From: a virus
Virus record (IMG/VR): IMGVR_UViG_3300035092_000015
Location: 16,876-80,875 of that record
DNA length: 64,000 nt
Strand: one strand, 5' to 3'
The translations under genes were made by a program, and so were the position numbers. This document shows positions 36,720 to 47,500 of this stretch, piece after piece. The notes under the pieces were generated by a model. The model saw only the letters and a program-made list of their open reading frames with translations. It had not been told where the DNA came from and searched no databases. Every line of letters starts with the position of its first letter. The first letter of the stretch is position 1.

Positions 36720-38729
36720 TTGACCAGAGCGCTCACCCCGGCCCACGCCGCCCAGCTGCAGGTCGGAACCATGACCACCGCCGGCTACGGCACCCCCGCC
36801 CTGGTCAACCCCGGCAACCCGGTGGAGATCACAGTCACCCCCGACAGCGACGGCGACGGACAGCACCTCGATACTGGCGCCACCGGGCTGTTGATGCGCA
36901 GCCTCGCCGAACTGGACGCCGCCCGCCCCGAATACGCCCTAGCGGACGAGATGTACGACGGGACCGTCGAAGAACTGCACGTATCCGACGCCATCGCCCG
37001 GCTGCTGGCACAATCCGGCGTGAACAACATCGAAAACCTGAACTACGCGAAAGTCCCAGTCGACACCATCGCCGAGAAGCTGCAGATCCGCGCGATCACA
37101 GTCTCTGCCGGCGACCTGGCCGAGGACGACAGCCACGACCCCGACCGGGAGATCGGCGAAGCCGACCGCGACATCGAAGACGACCCTGAGGTCGACGAGC
37201 AGAAAGAAATCAGCAGTCACGCGCAGGAGCTGCTGGACGAGATCCGCAAACGCAACCAGCTCGACGCGGAAGAACCCGAGCTGATGAAAACCTGCTCCCG
37301 CTACGGCGAAGGCTACCTGTTCGTCTGGCCGGTGGTGGCCGACCCGGAAGGCTACGAAGAAGCCTCACCGCTCGAGCCGGACCAACCCGCCCGGATCGTC
37401 GGGGTTGACATGTTCGTCAACAGCCCGTACACCACCCGGGCGTACTACGACGCGGAGAACCCGCTGCGGATGACCCACGTCCTGAAATCGTGGGAGTGGT
37501 ACGACGAGGCCAACGACGCCGACCGGCTCCGCGCCACCCTGTACTTCCCCGACCGGATCGAACGTTGGGTGGTCAAGCTGCAGGGCGACCAGGCCCGCCG
37601 CGAAGACTGGGAGCACTACGTCGAGGGCGACGAGCAGTGGCCGTTGGACAACCCGACCGGCGAGATCCCGTTCTTCCACCTGCGCAACGCCCGCCCCTAC
37701 GGCGTGCCCGAACACCGGGCAGCGTACGGGCCGCAACGGTTGATCAACAAACTGGTCAGCACCCACGCGGCGACGATCGACTTCCAGGGCTGGCCGCAGC
37801 GGTACTTCCTGATCGACCCTAAAGCCGACGACCCGATGATGAACCTGCTCGACCCGGACAACCCCGAGGACGATGGGGACGACCCGGAAGGCAGCGGACG
37901 CAGCCCGTTCCGGGCCGACCCGGCAGCGGTGTGGAAGATGTTCGCCAGCGCGGTCGGGCAGTTCCAGGCCGCCGACCCGCAAGTGTTCATGGCGCCGCTG
38001 GACCGGTACATCAAGTCGATCTCCGAACTGTGCGGGATCCCGCTGGACCGGTTCGTCGGGTATTCGACCCCGCCGTCGGGGGAGTCGCGGAAGGCCGCGA
38101 ACGAACCGCTGTACGAGAAGGCCGGGTCGCGGCAGGACTCGTACGGGCCGGTGATGGAGGACGCGTACGAGTTCGCGCTGCAGCTGCTGGGTGTGACCGA
38201 TGTGACGGTCGACGTGAAATGGAAGCCGCTGCAGGTCGCGGTTGGGCTCGAGGATTGGAACATCATCCAGGCGAAGATCGGCAACGGTGTCCCGGTCCGG
38301 CAGGCGTTGATCGAAGCCGGCTACCCGGAGGACGAGGTCGACATCTGGCTGGTGGATGAGACCGGCGCGGACCTGGTCCGGCGGGTGGCGTTGTTGAACT
38401 CGATCGGGACCGCGATCCAGGCGATGTCGGCCGGTGTCGCGGTCGGGATGGTCTCTCCGGAGCAGGCCGGCGACATCATCGCCCGGATCATTGGGGCGGT
38501 TGGGGAGAACCTGCCGCGTCTGGCGAAGCCGGTCGCGTTGCATCCGCAGATGCAGCAGATGGCGGACCAGATGCAGAAGGACGCCCGGGGTCAGCAGGTG
38601 GCTGAGCATATCGCGTCCGCGCCGCCGCAGCCGCAGTTCGACCCGGAGGGTAAGCCTATCCCGCCGCCGCCTGACCGGCCGTTGCCGCCGATGCCGCCCC
38701 CGCCGCCGCCAGTAAGGGTCGGACGATGA
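36720..38729 (+). CDS. portal protein (SPP1 gp6-like)
   Basis: follows terL; NYAKVPVDTIAEKL, YGEGYLFVWP, PSGES; Pro-rich tail. Confidence 0.85.
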   Translation: MTRALTPAHAAQLQVGTMTTAGYGTPALVNPGNPVEITVTPDSDGDGQHLDTGATGLLMRSLAELDAARPEYALADEMYDGTVEELHVSDAIARLLAQSGVNNIENLNYAKVPVDTIAEKLQIRAITVSAGDLAEDDSHDPDREIGEADRDIEDDPEVDEQKEISSHAQELLDEIRKRNQLDAEEPELMKTCSRYGEGYLFVWPVVADPEGYEEASPLEPDQPARIVGVDMFVNSPYTTRAYYDAENPLRMTHVLKSWEWYDEANDADRLRATLYFPDRIERWVVKLQGDQARREDWEHYVEGDEQWPLDNPTGEIPFFHLRNARPYGVPEHRAAYGPQRLINKLVSTHAATIDFQGWPQRYFLIDPKADDPMMNLLDPDNPEDDGDDPEGSGRSPFRADPAAVWKMFASAVGQFQAADPQVFMAPLDRYIKSISELCGIPLDRFVGYSTPPSGESRKAANEPLYEKAGSRQDSYGPVMEDAYEFALQLLGVTDVTVDVKWKPLQVAVGLEDWNIIQAKIGNGVPVRQALIEAGYPEDEVDIWLVDETGADLVRRVALLNSIGTAIQAMSAGVAVGMVSPEQAGDIIARIIGAVGENLPRLAKPVALHPQMQQMADQMQKDARGQQVAEHIASAPPQPQFDPEGKPIPPPPDRPLPPMPPPPPPVRVGR

Positions 38730-39199
38730 CCTGGGGACCAAGCGACGAGCAGAAACACCCTCGCGACCGGGCTGGGCGGTGGGCCGAGAAGCTGTCCGAT
38801 CTGATCGGCCAGCGCCGTTACCGTGGCATGCTCGCTGACTTGGCGGCGATGTCCGCAGACACCCCGGAGCACCGACAACAGGGGGCGGCGGCCCGCCGGG
38901 AGACGGCTGAGTGGTTGCGTGGTCTTCTGTCCGACCCGGAGTCCGGGCACGCTACGATCCCGGTCGGTGTTGGTGTCCTGCTCGACTTGGCTGACGTGAT
39001 CGCGGGTGGGGAGTGGCAGGTCGCCCCGGCGTGGGGGTCGGGTGAGCCGGGCGGGGTGATCCGCCGGGTGTACACCGGCGGGCCGGGCGCCGGGTCGCTG
39101 CGGATTGAGACCGACGGGGGGAATCTGGATTTCCCGATCCCCGAGCCGTGGTCACGGGGCGAAGAGATCCGCATCCAACGCGCCTTCCGTCGGGGGTGA
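38726..39199 (+). CDS. HPRD-tagged protein
   Basis: MTWGPSDEQKHPRDRAGRWAEKLSDLIG. Confidence 0.8.
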   Translation: MTWGPSDEQKHPRDRAGRWAEKLSDLIGQRRYRGMLADLAAMSADTPEHRQQGAAARRETAEWLRGLLSDPESGHATIPVGVGVLLDLADVIAGGEWQVAPAWGSGEPGGVIRRVYTGGPGAGSLRIETDGGNLDFPIPEPWSRGEEIRIQRAFRRG

Positions 39200-39202
39200 C
39201 CT

Positions 39203-40048
39203 GTGACGTGGGGACCGGAGGAGGAGCGGGCACACCCGCGCGACGCTGAAGGCCGTTGGACTGACCGGCTCGATGCCCGGCTGCGTCGGCTGCCGGATTT
39301 TCCGGCCGATGGGACGCGGATGCAAGCATCCGAGATGGCGTACCGTAAACGCTGGCTGGACGAACACGGTCGGTACAGCGGGCTGGAGATCTGGCACCCG
39401 AACCAGGGCACTTGGGCGGACGCAGCCGACGCCTTCCCAAAGGGCCGCTCCTACGGGCCAGCTGACGAGGACGACCCGATGAAGGGTATCAAGCTGGACG
39501 ACCCGTACGGGATCGGGATGGAGGCGCATTGGACCCCCTCCGCTCCGATCCACGTCCGCAGGAAACTCGAGCCGGTCCGCCGGGTCGACCAGACGCGGGA
39601 GAAACCCAACCCGAGGATGGAGTACCTGCACGAGGAGACCGGCGTGTGGGTGCCAGGGGCTAGGCTTGACGTTGACCCTGACACGGGGATGTGGGATGCG
39701 TTCGGCAGCCCGTTCGGCTCGGGGAAGGTTGCCGAACGGCCGCACTACCCGCCGACGAACTTCGACAAGCAGACCGTCGCCTACGGGTTCACCCCGGAGG
39801 ATCACGCGTTCAACGGGATGATCCGAACCATCCACCTGCAGGACGTGGTCGACCAGCCGTCTTACCTGCAGGGCGGGTACCAGATGCTCGGGCAGGACGG
39901 GCAGTGGCACACCCTGGAAGAGGCGTACCAGGTCTATCCGGAGCTTGAAGACTCGGATCTGTTCGAGTTGATCGCGGGGGATCTGCATTTCCCGGAGATC
40001 GAAGCGTCGTCGGAGTTGACGGTCCGCCGCACCCCGATGGACTACTGA
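39203..40048 (+). CDS. HPRD-tagged protein with repeated beta modules
   Basis: MTWGPEEERAHPRDAEGRWTDRL. Confidence 0.8.
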   Translation: MTWGPEEERAHPRDAEGRWTDRLDARLRRLPDFPADGTRMQASEMAYRKRWLDEHGRYSGLEIWHPNQGTWADAADAFPKGRSYGPADEDDPMKGIKLDDPYGIGMEAHWTPSAPIHVRRKLEPVRRVDQTREKPNPRMEYLHEETGVWVPGARLDVDPDTGMWDAFGSPFGSGKVAERPHYPPTNFDKQTVAYGFTPEDHAFNGMIRTIHLQDVVDQPSYLQGGYQMLGQDGQWHTLEEAYQVYPELEDSDLFELIAGDLHFPEIEASSELTVRRTPMDY

Positions 40049-40059
40049 CAGGAGGAGAA

Positions 40060-40233
40060 ATGGCAACCTACGGAGCACCCCGGCAGGTGCCGGGCCGTAA
40101 CAGTACCGGCCGCAGCCGCCAGACGAGCAGCGCGAAGCGTAAGGGGATGAAGGCGCTGCCGCCGCGACGGACCGGCGGGTCGAAGATGACCCGCGACGGG
40201 TCGAACCCGATGGCCCACGGCGGGAACTGCTAA
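40060..40233 (+). CDS. small basic peptide (57 aa)
   Basis: AGGAGG RBS; MATYGAPRQVPGR...NPMAHGGNC, read manually. Confidence 0.7.
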   Translation: MATYGAPRQVPGRNSTGRSRQTSSAKRKGMKALPPRRTGGSKMTRDGSNPMAHGGNC

Positions 40234-40239
40234 GGAGAG

Positions 40240-41094
40240 ATGGCGATGCGCCGTTGGAACGAGAAGGACCACCCCCGCAACCCCGAGGACGGTAGGTTCC
40301 GGGACAAGATCGGCGGCGGCGGGTGGGCGCGGCGTATCTCCGACGCGATCGGGCGACGCCGAGGCGAGCGTGACCAACGCCGCGAAGACGCCCAGTACGA
40401 ACGCGACCGGCGCGAACACATGCGCACCCACCCTGGCGCGACTGCCCGGCAGGCGGCGATCCATGCGTCGATGCAGCAGTCGTTCCGCCGGGAGGAGCAG
40501 GCCAGGGCGGCGGGCGACACCGCGCGGGCGGACAAGCTGAAGGCCCAGGGGTTCGATTTCATGCAGTCGTACCACCAGCCTGACCCGGGTGGGCCGTCGC
40601 GGCTGTCCCGGATGGAGGACGGCACCGGTTCGCGTGACCCCAGGCAGGTCGGTGGGCGTCCGATCGAGATCAACGGCCAGACGGTCGGGTACGAATCGAC
40701 CGGGCCTGGGATCCGGGGCGTCAACCAGGACGAGGAGGGGCTGCCCCGGGGTCGGCTCGAGCGGGAGTTCGCCGATGTGGTTAAGGCCGACGAGGCCGCC
40801 CACGTCGGGGCGTTGAACGAGTCGAAACACCAGATCATCACAACCTACGTCGATGACCTGTTCGAGGTCGCGGAGGACATCCAGAACGGGGTCTTCCAGC
40901 ATGATTTCGAGGAGGACCCGGATCTGGAGGATCTGGTGAATGCGATGGCGGATGTGGTGATGGACCGGCCGGACAACTGGGGGGCGATGCAGTCGGCGGC
41001 GGAGCGGCTGCGCAAGTACATCATCCGCAGCGGCTATGCGAATGTGGCGAAGCTGCCGCGACGCCCGCCGGAGTCGACCTGGAGGAGGGACTAG
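40240..41094 (+). CDS. HPRN-tagged protein
   Basis: RWNEKDHPRNPEDGRFRDKIGGGGWARRISDAIG; AAGGAG RBS. Confidence 0.82.
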   Translation: MAMRRWNEKDHPRNPEDGRFRDKIGGGGWARRISDAIGRRRGERDQRREDAQYERDRREHMRTHPGATARQAAIHASMQQSFRREEQARAAGDTARADKLKAQGFDFMQSYHQPDPGGPSRLSRMEDGTGSRDPRQVGGRPIEINGQTVGYESTGPGIRGVNQDEEGLPRGRLEREFADVVKADEAAHVGALNESKHQIITTYVDDLFEVAEDIQNGVFQHDFEEDPDLEDLVNAMADVVMDRPDNWGAMQSAAERLRKYIIRSGYANVAKLPRRPPESTWRRD

Positions 41095-41097
41095 TTC

Positions 41098-41475
41098 GTG
41101 TCGTGGGGCCCGGACGACGAGCGCAACCATCCACGCGACCCTGCGGGGCGGTGGGCGGAGAAACTGTCTGCCAGGATGATCCATCCGTTCGACGATTTGG
41201 ACTACCCGGAACCCCGCCCACATGGGAACCGGTCGTTTGCTGGGGCGAAGATGGTCCCGGTGTCGGCGATGTTGCAACGGCTGGAGCTGTGGAGTGGGCA
41301 GGTCGATGTGTACGACCAGCGCAGCGACCGGTGGGTGAACCTGGGCGAGGTCCGGCCGGGCCGGGGTACCGACCGGGTGCAGTTTCGGGGCCGGGGTCCG
41401 GGTCCGGCGTTGTTCTCCCGGAATCGGACGGATAGCGTGATTGTCCGGAGGGCTACCGGACAAGCAGGGGCGTGA
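41098..41475 (+). CDS. HPRD-tagged protein with one beta module
   Basis: MSWGPDDERNHPRDPAGRWAEKLSARM; GGAGG RBS. Confidence 0.8.
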   Translation: MSWGPDDERNHPRDPAGRWAEKLSARMIHPFDDLDYPEPRPHGNRSFAGAKMVPVSAMLQRLELWSGQVDVYDQRSDRWVNLGEVRPGRGTDRVQFRGRGPGPALFSRNRTDSVIVRRATGQAGA

Positions 41476-41501
41476 CACATACGGTGTCACTCTGGTAGAA
41501 T
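41472..41501 (+). promoter_or_regulatory. palindromic operator GTGACAC-ATACG-GTGTCAC with -10 TAGAAT
   Basis: perfect 7-bp inverted repeat 41472-41490; TAGAAT 41496-41501. Confidence 0.7.
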
Positions 41502-41512
41502 GGGAGTATGCA

Positions 41513-41695
41513 ATGGCAGTCACCGTCAAACCCCTCGGGCGGGTCGGTAAGTACACCGCCCGAGGCCACCACGCCCACACCGCGATCGGCTACCTCAACA
41601 GCGGCGCCCCCCTCGCCCACGGCGGGAACTGGCGCGGCGGGGCAGCCGCACCCCGGGCCCGCCGTGGTGGCGGACGTCGACGCAGCAGCTACTGA
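41513..41695 (+). CDS. small basic peptide (60 aa)
   Basis: GGGAG RBS; PLAHGGNW shared with the 40060 peptide; Arg/Gly-rich tail. Confidence 0.65.
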   Translation: MAVTVKPLGRVGKYTARGHHAHTAIGYLNSGAPLAHGGNWRGGAAAPRARRGGGRRRSSY

Positions 41696-41710
41696 CGCCA
41701 GGAGTCACGC

Positions 41711-42712
41711 GTGAGCCGCTGGAACGAACGCGAACACCCCCGATGGCCCGCCGGTACACCAACCTCCGGGAACATCGGGGGTGGCCGGTTCGCCGGAGCA
41801 CCCCGACCCGGTGTCCCATCGTCGGGCGGACACGCGTGGGCCGACCAACTGTCCGGGCAGATCGGACGGCGGATGCTCGACCTGGGCCGCGACCGAGGCG
41901 ACGGCACCCGGACCGTCACCACCGAGCAGATGCTCGCCGCCCGCGCCTCGATCCGCCCCGGGATGTACGACTACCAGGACCGGTGGACCGGCGAGTGGCG
42001 TCCGCTGCACGGGGTTGACCCGCACGGGGTCGCCGCAGCGCACGGGATGGCGCTGTCCAGCAGCCCAACCTCCGCACAGATCTACTGGGATCGGGTCCGG
42101 ATCAAACCAGCCGGCCAGCCGGTCCAACCCCATGCCGAACCGACCCCCCGGATCGGCATCCCGCAGGGCGACGGGACCTACCTGATCACCGGGCAGGAGC
42201 TTGCCCAACACGGCGCCGAGCTTGAAGGCCGGATCGACTACATCCCGCGAGGGGGCGCCGGGGACTCGCGGCTCGAGCCGCGCGAGGTGGTGTTCATAGA
42301 GCCCGGCAAAGGCAGCGGGGTGTTCTTGGGCCAGTTCGGGTCCACCAGCCTGCTGCGCGGCGACAGCGAGGTGCTGATCAGCTACCACGGCGAACCGACC
42401 GACGACCAGCAGTTCTTCGAGATGCGGATGGCCACCGGGCTCGAGAGTGACGAGGACCCGGAGGATCTGTTCACCCACGACCGGCGTTACATCGGCAACA
42501 TCGAGGTGCAGGACCCGCAGACCGGCCAGTGGGGTGTGTACCGGGGCGGGGAGTACGAGGAGGACGAGCTGACCGGGCAGGACGTGATCCACATCTGGGT
42601 CGGGGAGCCCGGCGGCGAGTCGAAGATCGTCCTGCCGGACAACCCTCGTGGCGGGTATGGGCGGATCCGGATCCGGCCGATCTCTGGGCAGGCCGGGGGG
42701 GGTCCGCGATGA
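41711..42712 (+). CDS. HPRWP-tagged protein with beta modules
   Basis: MSRWNEREHPRWPAGTPTSGNIGGGRF..AWADQLSGQIG; AGGAG RBS. Confidence 0.82.
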   Translation: MSRWNEREHPRWPAGTPTSGNIGGGRFAGAPRPGVPSSGGHAWADQLSGQIGRRMLDLGRDRGDGTRTVTTEQMLAARASIRPGMYDYQDRWTGEWRPLHGVDPHGVAAAHGMALSSSPTSAQIYWDRVRIKPAGQPVQPHAEPTPRIGIPQGDGTYLITGQELAQHGAELEGRIDYIPRGGAGDSRLEPREVVFIEPGKGSGVFLGQFGSTSLLRGDSEVLISYHGEPTDDQQFFEMRMATGLESDEDPEDLFTHDRRYIGNIEVQDPQTGQWGVYRGGEYEEDELTGQDVIHIWVGEPGGESKIVLPDNPRGGYGRIRIRPISGQAGGGPR

Positions 42713-43581
42713 AGTGGGACGAGCGGAAACACCCCCGCGACCCGCGCGATGGGCAGTTCACCGAGTCGTGGGCCACGGCTATCTCCGACCGGATCGCCGG
42801 GGCGGTCGGCAGAGCAACGTCCAGCCCGAACCTGCCCCGGCTGCAGCCCGGCGGCGGGCTGCCCGCTGACACCCCTGCCGACGGGCGGGTCGACAAGATC
42901 GACGACCTGGTCGACGCTACCGCCCACCTGGACGAAGGCGAGGGGTTCGGCAGGTTCGACGGCATCGAGTTCTACGTGGGAGATGTCGGCTGGGTCAACG
43001 CCGACGAGGCACGGGTGTTGCGCCTCGGCCTTGACGAGGCCCATCGCTCCCACATCATCCACCTGGACAACTCGGAGATGACCATCCCTGGCGGGCTGGG
43101 TGGCGCGGTCGACGTGAGTCTCGAGGGCAAAGTCCGGTGGCGCCACGCCGACATCCGGCCGGTGGACACCAGCCAACCGCCGAACCCCGGCTGGGAATAC
43201 CTGGTCGACTTTTACGACGAGTCGGAGTGGATCGACGCCCCGCAGATCGATGCGGTCGATGGGGAGTGGGTGTACGACGCGGAGATCCTGACCGCTGTCC
43301 TCGGGGGCCGGCCGATGATCGACCCGCCCGAGATGGAAGGTCTGCACACCCACCCGCAGAAGACCACCGTCGGCGCCCGGTTGTTGGACGACCTGCCCGC
43401 CTGGACCGGCGGCGGGTACCAGATCTACAACCCCGACACCGGGACCTGGCACACGATCGAAGAGATCTACCAGGACGACCCGGATGAGGAGGAGATCGAA
43501 CTGATCGCCGACGGGTACCACCTGCCGCACCTGGACACTTCGGACGAGATCGTCGTCCGTCCGATACCCGTAGGGGACTGA
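42709..43581 (+). CDS. HPRD-tagged acidic protein with beta modules
   Basis: MKWDERKHPRDPRDGQFTESWATAISDRI; ATGA overlap. Confidence 0.82.
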   Translation: MKWDERKHPRDPRDGQFTESWATAISDRIAGAVGRATSSPNLPRLQPGGGLPADTPADGRVDKIDDLVDATAHLDEGEGFGRFDGIEFYVGDVGWVNADEARVLRLGLDEAHRSHIIHLDNSEMTIPGGLGGAVDVSLEGKVRWRHADIRPVDTSQPPNPGWEYLVDFYDESEWIDAPQIDAVDGEWVYDAEILTAVLGGRPMIDPPEMEGLHTHPQKTTVGARLLDDLPAWTGGGYQIYNPDTGTWHTIEEIYQDDPDEEEIELIADGYHLPHLDTSDEIVVRPIPVGD

Positions 43582-43583
43582 CA

Positions 43584-44330
43584 ATGGCCCGCGATTGGCG
43601 TGAACAGGACCACCCACGCAACCCAGCCGACGGCCAGTTCGTCGACAAGGCCGGCGCCGGACGGTGGGCCAGCCGAATCTCCGACGCGATCGGGCAGATG
43701 CGAGGCGAGCCCGGCCGCAGCCGCCGCCAGCGCACAGCCGGTGCCGCCAACGCTGACCCCGCCCCGGGTGAAGTCCGGGCAGCGCTGCACGGGCTGGTGC
43801 GCGACTCGGACCTGGCAGCCCTGAACGACGACATGATCCGGGAGGCGATCGAGCAGGCCAAAGTGGATGTCGGAACGAACCCGCTGCGGGGCGGGATGAC
43901 GTTCGATCGGTTTGTCGTGGACCAGATGCAGCAGTACCTGTCCAATCAACACCCGGACGAGATCTGGCCGCATCTGGCGGAGGTCACCGCCCGCCGCGAG
44001 GCTGTGCTCGAGGCGTTCAACCCTGAGGCGGCGTTCCGCAGCAAATACGCCGCGCTGCTGACCGAACTGGTCCCCGGCATCAGCCAAGCCAGCATCGACG
44101 ACGCCGCCCAGGACCACCTCAAGTACGCCAGGGCGGGGCTGCAAGCCCCGATCACTGATGAAGATCTGGACTGGGGTCTCGCCTCCTACATCTCGCTGCT
44201 GGACGGCGACTCGATCATGAACGTCTACGACGCGCTGATGGAGTTGCAACAGCGGACCGGCCGGAGCTTCCCGAACACGATCGACGCCATCGACGAGATG
44301 GGGCTGCTCGACGACGAGGAGGATTACTGA
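43584..44330 (+). CDS. HPRN-tagged alpha-helical acidic protein
   Basis: MARDWREQDHPRNPADGQFVDKAGAGRWASRISDAIG. Confidence 0.82.
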   Translation: MARDWREQDHPRNPADGQFVDKAGAGRWASRISDAIGQMRGEPGRSRRQRTAGAANADPAPGEVRAALHGLVRDSDLAALNDDMIREAIEQAKVDVGTNPLRGGMTFDRFVVDQMQQYLSNQHPDEIWPHLAEVTARREAVLEAFNPEAAFRSKYAALLTELVPGISQASIDDAAQDHLKYARAGLQAPITDEDLDWGLASYISLLDGDSIMNVYDALMELQQRTGRSFPNTIDAIDEMGLLDDEEDY

Positions 44331-44554
44331 TGGTGTACAAGGCGAACAAGACCTTCCGACGCCAGGTAGGCCGGGGCGTCCGGGCGTTGGGCCGCGCCAT
44401 CGCCGCCGGGATCCGGCTGACCCGGCAGAAACGGCTCCAACGGATCCGCACCGGCGAACTGCAAGGATCGGTCCCGCGCCGGCACAGCCGCGCCCGGGGC
44501 CGTGTCACAGCCACCCGCCACGGGATCCGCACCGCCCGCCGCAAACGCCGCTAG
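44330..44554 (+). CDS. small Arg-rich basic protein
   Basis: GAGGAGG RBS; TGATG coupling; very Arg-rich 74 aa. Confidence 0.65.
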   Translation: MVYKANKTFRRQVGRGVRALGRAIAAGIRLTRQKRLQRIRTGELQGSVPRRHSRARGRVTATRHGIRTARRKRR

Positions 44555-44562
44555 GAGTCGAG

Positions 44563-47500
44563 ATGGCACGACGCCGGTACGGGATGCACCCCGGGGATGA
44601 CGACCAACCCCGCTGGCCCGAAGGCACCCCGGTCCGCCCGGATGGGCACGGGCCGGGTGGTGGGCGTTTCCGTGGCACCGGCGATGTCGGCGGGGCTGAT
44701 GTTGGCGACCTCGTGTCCGGGCTGCAGGGGGCGTCTAGCCGGCCGTGGTACGAGACCGCAGCGGGGCAGATCGCGCAACAGCGCGGCGGTGGGCACCCGA
44801 GGGTGGCGTACAACCTGGCTGTGATCAACGCCGCCCAGGCGCAGTACAACGAGAACCGGGGCGACGGGTTCCACGACGAACAGCTGCCGCAGCTGATCGG
44901 GCAGTACAACGTCGCGGAGGCGCAGGGCAACCCGGCTGGGCAGGATGTCGCGGTCGACCAACTCCGGTTGTGGATCGACTCGCATTACCCGGAGCAGTGG
45001 GCTGGTGCTCTGCCGGCGCGGGTGGAGGCCAGGGAGGCGCCTCGGGCGGCGGACCAGGACCAACGTAACAGCGCTGCCTTGGATCTGGCCCGGACAGCCC
45101 AGGCGAATATCGAGGTGAACACCGGCGACCCGGATGATGCTCTGGCGATCCGGATCGAAGCACTCGAGCGGCACCTCGGGCGGACTGGGCATCGGGTGGA
45201 GGCGGATCGGGAGGCAGCTGCTCTGCGCCGATATATGGACCACGAGATGGACCAGGAGGCGGCGTCGCCGCCGGGCACTGCGGTGATGCATGCCCGGCTC
45301 GAGGCGTCTCGACCGTCGGGCGAGGGTCAAGAGCTACGGGCGAGCGAGATCGCTCTGCAGTACATGTCGGGCAGGCCGCTCGAGTTGAACCTGCTCGACG
45401 GGCGCGGCTGGGGCCGGATCACCGATTACAGTGAAGAGAGCGGCGGGACCGAGCACCGGTTCGAGCTACAGTACGAAGACGGCGGCGGCGACGAGATCTT
45501 CATGGGGTCGACCGATCGGTTGATCGCCCGACGTGTACCCGGCAGCCTCCCCGATCAGGCCCAGCAGCCGGAGATGGACCACGACCGGAACCTGCGACTG
45601 GTCAACGCGATGGAAACCCCCGAAGGTGGCGAGGTCACCGCTGCTGAACTGCTTGAGCTGGTCGGCAACGGGCACCGGCTGGAGGTCCTGGGCCGGCACG
45701 GGTGGGATCGAGTTGAGACGGTCGACGTTTCCGGCGAGGGCGACCATTTCATCTACTTGGAGAACGACCCGGAGCCGATCTCGATGTCGCCGGAGGGTCG
45801 GGTGGCGATCCGATTCCCCCAGACACCCGAGCCGGCCACGGCCAGTACCGGTCTCAGTCTCGGCGGGAACCCTCTCACCGATCGCGACGCGTGGAACCGG
45901 CTCGTCGTACACCTGGCCCGCCAGCACAACGACAACCGCGCACGCGACGGGCTGGGCCGCGACGAGGTCATGGACCAGATGGTCGCCGACATCGAACACC
46001 CCGACGTCACCGACGTGCAGGGGGTGGCGGACAGCAACGCGGAGGTCCTGCGGCAACGGCTGGAGCGGATGTACCGGGCATCGATCATCGACCCACCAAC
46101 CCGCCGCGCCGAGCCGCAGTTCACCATCCCCGAGACTGGGGTCATCTCCGCCGCCGAGGACGTGAACCGCGTCCGCCGGGTGACGGGCCAGGCGGAGGAC
46201 GCCCACCTCGCCGATATGCTGCGGGTGGTGCGGGGTGAACTCCCGGGCGACCCTCACGGCATGGTGGCGGCGATGCGGCAGCGGCTGCAGCAGATCCACG
46301 GCGTGACCGTTCCTGGCGGCGACGATCTGGAGGCCCTGAACGACCGCGACCTGCGCGACCTCGGCATCGAATACGACATCGCCGTCCCCGCACCGCCGCT
46401 GGCCCCCGACTACCGCGCCGACCTGATCGCCCGCATCCGCTACCGGCAACAGGCCGACGCCAACCGTGGAGTCTCACGGGCTGCCGCCCATAGCAACGTC
46501 AACTGGGCCGACACCCACATCAGCCACCAACGCCCCAGGTTCTACCGCCAAGCGGTCGACGACTACCAGATGCCGTTGCAGATCCGCGACGCGCAGGGCC
46601 AATGGCGCACCGTCACCTCGATCGGCTACCCCACCAACGGGCAGTACGAGATCACCCACGACGGACCAACCGGCCACACGTTCGTCCCTGAGAACCACAC
46701 GATCACCGCCCGGTTCGGGTCGGACCGCAGTGGCACCACGAACCAGGACCGGCAGCGGTTCAACCAGCAGGTCGCGGTGGTCGCCGAGTCGATGCTCGAA
46801 CAGGTGGCTCCGGAGGACCGGGCGGACGACGAAGGCTACACCCGGCTGCGCGCCGCACTCGACAGCTACAACGACACCACCTCCAACCCGAACGACCAGG
46901 AGTCGATCGACTCGGCGGTGGACGATTTGGTGAACGAACTGGCCGACTGGGATATCTACTTCGACGTCCCGCCGTACCAGGACTACGACAGCGGCGGGCC
47001 CAGCTACCTGCCGCCGAGCCGGTACAACGGCGGGGTCTACACCGGGGACGACGAAGAAGACGACTACTACGACCAGCCGGCAATCCCCGAGATCTACGGC
47101 AACACGCTCGCCGCCGCGATAAGCCAATGGCCACAGGACAACGACGGCGACCTGCCGTCGGGGTACGAGGACCGGGCGGCGGAGATCTGGGACTGGCACG
47201 ACCCGGTCACCGGGTACCGCGCCGAGGTCACCAGCGTCGGCGTCGACGGCGACGGGCTGTCTGTCGAAGGCCGGGTGTACGACGGGGACACCGAGATCGG
47301 GAAGTTCACCCGGACTATCAACTCCAGCAGACCGCAACGGATCTACCACGCCTACTTCAAGATGTACGACAACCAGGGCGGCGGGTTCGCCACCCGATGG
47401 CTGGACCAGGTCAAACAGCAATACCGTGACCAAGGGTTCACCGAGATCGGGGTCTCGGCCGACATAGACGTCGGCGGGTACGCCTGGGCGAAGATGGGGT

